Below, piece by piece: positions 8,946 to 16,421 of a stretch of DNA of 64,000 bases. Position 1 is the stretch's first letter. Each line of letters begins with the position of its first letter. Below the pieces are notes generated by a model, which was not told the origin of the DNA, did no database searches, and saw only the letters and a list, made by a program, of their open reading frames with translations. Position numbers and translations under genes: made by a program. The stretch is from Candidatus Edwardsbacteria bacterium (GTDB lineage Bacteria > Edwardsbacteria > AC1 > EtOH8): NCBI GenBank assembly GCA_020053305.1, contig JAGVNJ010000009.1, forward strand, positions 10,426 through 74,425, read 5' to 3'.

Positions 8946-9935
8946 GTGAAGATGATGAAAAAGATATTTAATAATAACGTCATTCTGAGGGATGCTTTCA
9001 ACAGGACCATCGAAGAATCTGATCCTTCGGCTTGCCGGGCATGGTGGGATTCTCAGGATGACGATAGGAATGATAAAAGGTTGCGAGCGGCTGGAGGCAT
9101 TATTATATCGGCCTTTGCCATTCTGTATCTGGCCCTGTCCGGGTGCAGCCGGCCGGTGGCGCCCAGCCACAGCAACCCCCATGATCCCGACAATCCCGAT
9201 TTCACCGGGCCGGCGGTGGAGATCATCTCCCCGGTCGAGGGGGCATCGATAGCTTCCGGCACCGCCACCATCCATCTGCACGGCTCCGGCCTGAACTATG
9301 AGTACTCCTACAAGCTGGACAACGCCCCGGATTGGCATACTCCGTGGTCCAACGATACCATTCTGACCATAACCAATCTCAGGGAAGGTCCGCATACCAT
9401 CCAAGCCATAGCCCGGGATAAGGGCGGCTATCTGGGTTTGCCGACCCCGGTGCGGAATTTCACGATCAACCAGTATGCCAACACCGTGCTGATGTATCCC
9501 CCGACCCAGACCATCGCCGTGGGGGACACCGCCGAGGTGTGGTGCGAGTTGGAGGATATGGCCACCCCGGTCTCGGCCGTCAGGCTGGTGATCTACATGA
9601 GCAATTATACGATGGCGGACACCCTTAGCGCCTGCGCCGACACCGGGTACCATTGGAGGAGCAACGGGGGATCGCCAATGGGGCCGTTCTTCAGCAATTA
9701 CAGCAACAATTATTATATGGACGTCAGCCTGGGGGTGGCCGGGGGAAGCCCGGCCGGGGTCAGCGGAACGGGGCGGATATTCAAGATCCAGGCCGCCGGG
9801 GTGTCGGTTGGCACAACGTATATGTATGTCAATAACATTTACGCCCGGGATACCTTGAACAATCCTATAACCGTGACCAACCCCTACAAGTACGCTTACA
9901 TATATGTCACTTCCGGCAAGGAGGGCGGGAAATGA
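8946..9935 (+). CDS. Lipoprotein with Ig-like and cohesin-like domains
   Basis: LALSGC lipobox followed by NPHDPDNP; YSYKLD...LREGPHT Ig module; VGDTAEV...GVSGTGRIFKIQ cohesin-like module; exact start uncertain. Confidence 0.7.
   Translation: MKMMKKIFNNNVILRDAFNRTIEESDPSACRAWWDSQDDDRNDKRLRAAGGIIISAFAILYLALSGCSRPVAPSHSNPHDPDNPDFTGPAVEIISPVEGASIASGTATIHLHGSGLNYEYSYKLDNAPDWHTPWSNDTILTITNLREGPHTIQAIARDKGGYLGLPTPVRNFTINQYANTVLMYPPTQTIAVGDTAEVWCELEDMATPVSAVRLVIYMSNYTMADTLSACADTGYHWRSNGGSPMGPFFSNYSNNYYMDVSLGVAGGSPAGVSGTGRIFKIQAAGVSVGTTYMYVNNIYARDTLNNPITVTNPYKYAYIYVTSGKEGGK
8978..9063. repeat. 86-bp bipartite palindromic element in-frame upstream of the lipoprotein signal
   Basis: Outer arms CGTCATTCTGAG / CTCAGGATGACG; inner arms CGAAGAATC / GATCCTTCG. 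Confidence 0.8.
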
Positions 9936-12900
9936 AGAAGTTTTTATTGATGACGCTGGCGCTGGCCGCTATCGGATCCGGACGAGCCCTATCACAAGAT
10001 GTGCCGTTTCTCTATTTCCCGCCGGCCGATACCGCCACCAACGACAGCTTCCCCAACTTCGACTGGTCCGACGTGGCCACCGCCACCCAGTATGAACTGC
10101 AGGTGGGGAAGGGGCACCGCTGGATCTTCGCCCCTTACTATTACGGCGACTTTCATACCTATAATGTATCCAAACCGTCCCAGCCGGAATTCGGAGGCAA
10201 CGCATACGGAGGCAACGCCTCGGATGTGGCCATCAAGGACAGCTTCGCCCTGATAGCCTCAAACACCGCGATTTACACCATCAACATCTCCGATCCCACC
10301 GCCCCCGAATACCGGGGCGGAACAGCAATAGGCACCAACGACCTTAACGGGATAGTCATCCGGGACACCCTGGCCTACTTGGCCGACTGGGGCTACGGAC
10401 TGCGCATCGCCAACGTCAAGAACCCCCTGACTCCGGTGCTGGTGGGCTCCTACGACAGCCCGGGCAGCCCTCGGGGCCTGGCATTGAGCGGCAATTACGT
10501 TTACCTGGCCGACGCCAACAGCGGCCTGCAGGTGATTGATGTTACCGACCCCGCCAATCCGGTATCGGCCGGCGGGCTGGACACCCCGGGCGACGCCTTC
10601 GCCGTGGCGGTGGCCGGGAATTACGCCTATGTGGCCGACAACACCAGCGGAATGAGGGTGATCAACATCTCCAATCCCGCCTCGCCGGTGGAGTCCGGCA
10701 GTTTCACCTCATCCGGCAACGTGATGGGGGTGACCGTCAAGGGAAGCCTGGCCTACCTGGCCGCCGGAGCGGACGGGCTCAGGATCGTCAACATCTCCAA
10801 TCCGGCCAGCCCCATTGAATTCGGCTATCACGATTCCTCCGGCCTCTCCAGCGATTACCGCAAGGTGGTGCTGGACGACAGCCTGGCCTATGTGGCCGAC
10901 TGGAACAACGGCCTGTTCATCATCAATGTGGCCGACCCCTATCATCCCCGGACCGTCAGCCGCTATAATTACCAATATTACAAGTCGCTGGCCCTGCTGG
11001 ATTCCTTCGCCCCGGTCAAGATCGACAGTCTGGTGGCCGCTTCGAACTGCGAGCCCGACACTTTCCTGGCCGACGGGGCCTACTACTGGCGGGCCAGGGC
11101 CGGAGCCGGGACCTGGGGCGGCTACAGCCCGCCCCGCCGCTACCTGATGGACACCCAGGCCCCGCCGGCTTGCTGGATAAACACCCCGTCCTACAACCAA
11201 CTGATCAACGACAAGACCCCGGCATTCTCCATCACCAAACAGTATAGCGAATACCGGTTCCAGCTTCAGATCGCGACCGACACCGCTTTTACGACGGTAA
11301 TCACAGACACCGTTTCCCTGACCGAAAACTTCGAACTGCAGACCCCGCTGCCCGACGGCTGGCTTTACTGCCGGGTTAGAGGAGGAGACCTGGCAGGCAA
11401 CTGGGCGGTATGGAGCAGCCGCCTGCCCATCAAACTGGACAGCCAGGCCCCGGGACAGCTGACCGCGGTCACCGCCAACGGGTCCAACCCCAGCCCCTGG
11501 ACCAAGAACAATTCCTTCTCCATAAACTTTACCGTACCGCCGGACAGTTCCGCAATCAACGGATATTTTTACAAGATCGGCTCGGCGCCCTCTTCCAATT
11601 ACGACACCACCGATTACGGAGTCAGCTTTTCCAAGCCCTTCAGCATTTCGGTCGGCAGCGACGGGGTGACGCCCTTTTATGTCTGGGCCCGGGACCAGGC
11701 CAACAACCTGGATTTCCAGAATGCCGGATCGGTCAGCCTGCGCTATGATCATATCCCCCCACAGGGGGCGACTGCCCGTTCCAACGAATTCAGCCGCGCC
11801 AATGGTTTCGCGATAACCTGGAGTGCCGGCAGCGATCAGGGGGGCTCGGGGTTGAACGGCAATCACTGGATAAAATACAAGGTCAATTCCGGAAGCTGGA
11901 CCGATCTGGACGTCAATTATGCCGGGACCTCATATAATTTCAACGGGGCCCAGGGCAACAAATATTACTTCGAGGTGGCGGCCTGGGATTCGGCCGGCAA
12001 CTCCGAGGCCTTTGCCTCGGTGGCCGAATGCAGCACCCTGGTGGACAACACCATCACCTGCCCCATCCTGGTATCGCCCTATAACGGGGCTGTCCGGGAC
12101 AGCTCTGCCACGGCCTTCCTGTGGCAGAGGGCCACGGCCCAGGCCGGGTCGCGCCTGCAGTGCTCGTATAATTCCACCTTCAGCGCATTGGTCAAGGACA
12201 CCCTGCTGGCGGCCGACAGCTCCGGCACCCTGGCCCTGAACGATTCTCTGTATTACTGGCGGGTCAGGGGCGAGAACGGCCCGACAGACACCAGCGGCTG
12301 GTCGCCGGCCCGCGCCCTGCGGATAGACACCCAGGCTCCGGAGGCCCCGTTTCTGGCCGAGCCGGCCAATGATACCCTTTGTAACGACAATACTCCGCTG
12401 TTCGTCTGGAAGAACGTGGCCGGGGCGGTCTGGTACCGCCTGGCGGTCAGCCCGGACAGCGCCTTCGCCGCCGTTATGGTCGACGAGGTAATTGATACCA
12501 CGGCTTACAACATTCAGGTTACCCTGCCCGACAGTCTATATTACTGGCGGGTCCGGGCCGGCGACGCCGCCGGCAACTGGTCGGCTCCGTCCGAAAAATG
12601 GAAATTCACCGTGGACACCAAGGCCCCGGCGGTGCCGGTGGCGGTGGCCCCGTCGGACAATGCCAACCTGACCACCAATCTGCCGCAATTCGTCTGGCGG
12701 AGCTCGGCCCAGGCCGTCCGATACCAGCTGCAGGTGGCCAATAACCCCTCTTTCTCGCCGCTGGAGACCGACACCGCACTGTCCGACACCTCGGTCGTCC
12801 CGGTCTGGGGGGTCAACGACGGGACCCACTACTGGCGGGTGCGCTGCCGTGACCTGGCCGGCAACTGGTCGGCCTACGGCAATTACCGGACACTAAACAT

Positions 12901-14170
12901 CAGCGGCTTGTTGCAGGTGGCCCTGATCACCCCGGGCACCGGCCAAGTATGGCCGGCCGGCCAGTCTATTTGGATCCAGTTCACCAAGCCCCTGTATACC
13001 GGCTACATCGACACCATCCACGTCAAGGTCCGGGGGAAACACACCTCCATCGTCAGGCAGAGCCTGACCTGGCAGGCGGCCAGCCGCACTTTGCTGATAT
13101 CGCCCGACAGTACTTTTGCCGCCAACGACACCATCACGGTGTTCCTGCACGGCACCTTAAGGGATTCGGCCAATGTCTCCACCCTGGACGGCAACTACAG
13201 CGGGACCGCCACCGGAGATTCCTCCGACAGCTACCAGATGACCTTCTACACCTCGTATTTCGGGGACTACGATGGCAACCGGCTGGTCAACGCCGCCGAT
13301 CTGGGGATGTTCGCCTGGGCCTGGTACCAGCCGGCCTATTACCGAATGTTCGAGGCCGGCCCCTTGAGCGGCAGCTGGCCGCACCAGCGGGTGTATGTGG
13401 GCGGCTCCACCCGGATCGACTTCGAGGACCTGAGCGGCTTCATCTACTCCTGGAACCGGGCCGACAATCCCAAATCAGCCAAATCCGGCGGTTATCAGGA
13501 AGGGCCGGTCAGCCTGGAGGCGGCGCCCGAGGGGAAATTGAAGCTGATCGCCAAGGTATCCCCGGAAATCGATTTTGCCTCGATGGATGCCGAGATCGAA
13601 TACGACCAGTCGCTACTGAATGTCAAATCCCTGGAGCCATCAGCTCTCTGGCAGGGGGGAGACAAGCCGCAGCTGTTCCTCAGCAAGCAGAGGGAGGGAC
13701 GGATCATCATCAGCGCCGCCAAATGGCAGGAGAGCCAGGAACTATCCGGCCAGCTGTTCACCATGACCTTCGATGGAAACCAGGCAGTCCAGACCCCGGT
13801 GACCCTTTATTACCGGCTGTACGACCGCCAGGGGGCCGAGATATTCAGCGGGAACACGGCCCTGTCGCTGAATGCCGGACCCGGAATCCCGGCCGGATTT
13901 TTCCTGGGCCGGGCCGCTCCCAACCCCACGAATCGGCCGATGACCATCAATTATCAGCTGCCCAGGCAGGCCCGGGTCAGGCTGGAGGTGTATAACATCG
14001 CCGGACAGCAGGTGGCCACCCTGGTGGATGCCGACCAGCCGGCCGGATATTACACCCAGACCTGGGACCTCAGGGACCGCGGCCGGAACCGGGTGGCCAA
14101 TGGCATCTATTTCTACAAGCTGTCGGCCGGGGAATACCAGAACGTCAGCAAGGTGGTGATAATCCGCTGA
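9932..14170 (+). CDS. Large secreted protein: LVIVD beta-propeller, Fn3/Ig repeats, SbsA-Ig, dockerin-like, cohesin-like and FlgD-Ig/T9SS-like C-terminal domain
   Basis: Repeated AYxAD..GL.II(N/D)(I/V)SNP; repeated YYWRVR modules; GDYDGNRLVNAADL and IDFEDL; PNP...VYNIAGQ...W...NGIYFY. Confidence 0.85.
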   Translation: MKKFLLMTLALAAIGSGRALSQDVPFLYFPPADTATNDSFPNFDWSDVATATQYELQVGKGHRWIFAPYYYGDFHTYNVSKPSQPEFGGNAYGGNASDVAIKDSFALIASNTAIYTINISDPTAPEYRGGTAIGTNDLNGIVIRDTLAYLADWGYGLRIANVKNPLTPVLVGSYDSPGSPRGLALSGNYVYLADANSGLQVIDVTDPANPVSAGGLDTPGDAFAVAVAGNYAYVADNTSGMRVINISNPASPVESGSFTSSGNVMGVTVKGSLAYLAAGADGLRIVNISNPASPIEFGYHDSSGLSSDYRKVVLDDSLAYVADWNNGLFIINVADPYHPRTVSRYNYQYYKSLALLDSFAPVKIDSLVAASNCEPDTFLADGAYYWRARAGAGTWGGYSPPRRYLMDTQAPPACWINTPSYNQLINDKTPAFSITKQYSEYRFQLQIATDTAFTTVITDTVSLTENFELQTPLPDGWLYCRVRGGDLAGNWAVWSSRLPIKLDSQAPGQLTAVTANGSNPSPWTKNNSFSINFTVPPDSSAINGYFYKIGSAPSSNYDTTDYGVSFSKPFSISVGSDGVTPFYVWARDQANNLDFQNAGSVSLRYDHIPPQGATARSNEFSRANGFAITWSAGSDQGGSGLNGNHWIKYKVNSGSWTDLDVNYAGTSYNFNGAQGNKYYFEVAAWDSAGNSEAFASVAECSTLVDNTITCPILVSPYNGAVRDSSATAFLWQRATAQAGSRLQCSYNSTFSALVKDTLLAADSSGTLALNDSLYYWRVRGENGPTDTSGWSPARALRIDTQAPEAPFLAEPANDTLCNDNTPLFVWKNVAGAVWYRLAVSPDSAFAAVMVDEVIDTTAYNIQVTLPDSLYYWRVRAGDAAGNWSAPSEKWKFTVDTKAPAVPVAVAPSDNANLTTNLPQFVWRSSAQAVRYQLQVANNPSFSPLETDTALSDTSVVPVWGVNDGTHYWRVRCRDLAGNWSAYGNYRTLNISGLLQVALITPGTGQVWPAGQSIWIQFTKPLYTGYIDTIHVKVRGKHTSIVRQSLTWQAASRTLLISPDSTFAANDTITVFLHGTLRDSANVSTLDGNYSGTATGDSSDSYQMTFYTSYFGDYDGNRLVNAADLGMFAWAWYQPAYYRMFEAGPLSGSWPHQRVYVGGSTRIDFEDLSGFIYSWNRADNPKSAKSGGYQEGPVSLEAAPEGKLKLIAKVSPEIDFASMDAEIEYDQSLLNVKSLEPSALWQGGDKPQLFLSKQREGRIIISAAKWQESQELSGQLFTMTFDGNQAVQTPVTLYYRLYDRQGAEIFSGNTALSLNAGPGIPAGFFLGRAAPNPTNRPMTINYQLPRQARVRLEVYNIAGQQVATLVDADQPAGYYTQTWDLRDRGRNRVANGIYFYKLSAGEYQNVSKVVIIR

Positions 14171-14235
14171 ACGGAGTGACATTCAGACGCAAATTGAAAT
14201 AATATTAAAACCAACACTAACACAGGAGCGCCATT

Positions 14236-14937
14236 ATGAAGAGAATCTCCCTGATGGTTTCGGCCATCATCCTTTTATCGCTTAACGCCTTTGCCCTGCC
14301 GGGGTTGGAGATCTCGGTCGGACCGTATGTCGGATTGTATAATCCGGCGCTGACCACCATCAACGAGCAGGTGCTGCTCTACGACCACCAGACGGCCTTC
14401 GGTTCGGCCGCCATCTTCGGCGGACAGATCAAGCTGGGCCTGCCTATGGGACTGGGCGGCGGGGTGGACCTGGGATACTGGTCAAATTCCAAGGAATGGA
14501 CCGAAGACAACCTGGATCAGCACGCCTACAAGGTAAAACTGATGCCGGTGGATTTCTTCGTGCAGTACTCCATGCCCATAGTCCCGATGGTGCTTAAGGG
14601 CAAGGCCGGCGTCTCGGTGGGCAATGTTTGGGCCGGACTGGACGCCAGCGAGGTCAGACCCAACCAATGGAACCATTACAGGAACTCCGAGGGAAGCGCC
14701 GCCACCTTCGGGATCTTCGGCGGGCTGGACTTGGCGGCCCTGCCCAAGTTCAATATCAGCGCCGAGATCGGATACAAGATGGGTGAGGTGGATCATTTGA
14801 TCATCAAGGAATGCCATGAGCCGGATCACGTCAATGATATTCTGGAGTATTATGATCATGATAGGGACCAGGTCCTGCCCCTGCCGCTGGAGATCAGCGG
14901 AATGAATGTTAAACTTATTGCAACCTACGTATTCTAA
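14236..14937 (+). CDS. Outer-membrane beta-barrel protein
   Basis: Signal peptide, alternating amphipathic strands, C-terminal YVF. Confidence 0.7.
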   Translation: MKRISLMVSAIILLSLNAFALPGLEISVGPYVGLYNPALTTINEQVLLYDHQTAFGSAAIFGGQIKLGLPMGLGGGVDLGYWSNSKEWTEDNLDQHAYKVKLMPVDFFVQYSMPIVPMVLKGKAGVSVGNVWAGLDASEVRPNQWNHYRNSEGSAATFGIFGGLDLAALPKFNISAEIGYKMGEVDHLIIKECHEPDHVNDILEYYDHDRDQVLPLPLEISGMNVKLIATYVF

Positions 14938-14954
14938 GGCAGTTAGATGCAATG

Positions 14955-14989
14955 CTAAAAGCCCGGTCTTTATAAGACCGGGCTTTTAG
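14955..14989. terminator. Bidirectional terminator
   Basis: CTAAAAGCCCGGTCTT-TAT-AAGACCGGGCTTTTAG between convergent genes. Confidence 0.85.
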
Positions 14990-15007
14990 GTTAATTAAAT
15001 ATTTAAT

Positions 15008-15847
15008 TTAACTAAATCTGGCAAATATACTGCACGGCATAGAGATATCATCATTGCTCAAATGAAGTTCCCCGCACTGGATCCGATCTGACGGCAGGAT
15101 ACCGGCCAGCATATTCTTGAGGGCCTGGGGCGAATGTCCGACGTTATAGGCATTGATAAGAAAAAACAATGGTTTGTCCGGCAATAACTTGGAGCAGATG
15201 GCCAAAAGTCTGGGCAGATCTCGGTCAAATTTGAAAGTTTTGCCTGAGGTATCACGGCCAAAGGCCGGTGGATCCATGATGATAGCATCATATTTAACAC
15301 CCCGCTTGGCCTCGCGTTCGGCGAACTTAAGGCAGTCATCCACGATCCAGCGGATAGGTTTGTCGGCCAGTTTGCTCAGTTCCTGGTTGCGTTTGGCCCA
15401 TTTCACCGCCGGCTGGGATGAATCCACGTGGCAGACGCCGGCCCCGGCTGCCGCCGCCGCCAGCGTGGCCGCCCCGGTATATGCGAACAGGTTGAGAATG
15501 CTTGGCTTACGTTGGCTTTTGGTGATAAGACCCGACATCCAGTCCCAGTTGACAGCCTGCTCCGGGAAGACCCCGGTATGCTTGTATGGCGTCAGCTTGA
15601 GCTCCAGGGTCAGATCTTGATGCCTGAAAAGCCAGGGCCGGGGAGGAGGCGAAACTTGCCGCCACTTGCCGGTCTCGATGAACACCGCCTGGGCTTTGGC
15701 CCATTGATCAGCCGGGAGTTTTTTATTCCATATGGCGCTTGGCTCGGGCCGGGATATAAGATAACCGGCAAAGCGTTCCAGTTTCCGGCCGTTGCCGGAA
15801 TCGATGAGGGAGTGGTCTTTAAGGCTATTTGGGTGGAGAATCTGCAT
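15008..15847 (-). CDS. Class I SAM-dependent methyltransferase (RlmI/RlmK-like)
   Basis: LIDSGNGRKLERF, HTGVFPEQ, LNLFAYTG and IMDPPAF motifs. Confidence 0.85.
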   Translation of the reverse strand: MQILHPNSLKDHSLIDSGNGRKLERFAGYLISRPEPSAIWNKKLPADQWAKAQAVFIETGKWRQVSPPPRPWLFRHQDLTLELKLTPYKHTGVFPEQAVNWDWMSGLITKSQRKPSILNLFAYTGAATLAAAAAGAGVCHVDSSQPAVKWAKRNQELSKLADKPIRWIVDDCLKFAEREAKRGVKYDAIIMDPPAFGRDTSGKTFKFDRDLPRLLAICSKLLPDKPLFFLINAYNVGHSPQALKNMLAGILPSDRIQCGELHLSNDDISMPCSIFARFS

Positions 15848-15956
15848 TTTAAACCCTTGCGTATTAAGTGATATTGATAGTTTACATAATATTTATTATG
15901 GGACATTACGTTGAAAGGTTTTAAAACTATTTAACTCCCAAAGAAGCATCACTCTA

Positions 15957-16358
15957 TTAAATTGGATTATTCCACCACCATATAAAAACTCCCATCAATA
16001 GCAAACATGCCGAAATGGTTACAGTATTAGCCCTCTGGTTATTTTTGTTTTTTTCATTTTCAATATCGGCTTTAGATTGCTTGGTGCTTTGCCATTTGTA
16101 AATGATTCCTTCGGGATCTACGCTAAAGTTTGTAAAATGGTTTGGTTGTATTATATCTACCCAAGTTAGAATCCTGCCACCTATGCCATCATCTTTTTCA
16201 ATGATATAATTACCCCATTGCTGGACAACTTCATTATAATGTTTCCCGACATATCCCTCACAGATTTCTCTCATCGTCGGTCCTTTTACTTTTGTTGTTG
16301 CGCAACCGACAATATTTAAATAGACAATGACTGATAGAGCAATTCTTAATATTTTCAT
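15957..16358 (-). CDS. AT-rich hypothetical lipoprotein with a C-terminal TM helix
   Basis: IVGC lipobox; visibly AT-richer than neighbouring genes; GAAAGGA RBS. Confidence 0.65.
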   Translation of the reverse strand: MKILRIALSVIVYLNIVGCATTKVKGPTMREICEGYVGKHYNEVVQQWGNYIIEKDDGIGGRILTWVDIIQPNHFTNFSVDPEGIIYKWQSTKQSKADIENEKNKNNQRANTVTISACLLLMGVFIWWWNNPI

Positions 16359-16384
16359 CTATCTATTTTCCTTTCATAAATAAA

Positions 16385-16406
16385 ATGCTGGTATTAATAC
16401 CAGCAT
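16385..16406 (-). terminator. Perfect 22-bp palindrome after leuS, probably a terminator
   Basis: ATGCTGGTATT/AATACCAGCAT followed by TTTATTT on the minus strand. Confidence 0.6.
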
Positions 16407-16421
16407 ATTATAACTCACCCT

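Noticed and set aside
12949-13995. 348-aa alternative-frame ORF inside the LVIVD protein gene
   Set aside because: Arg/Pro/Gly-rich off-frame composition, and the main frame is continuous
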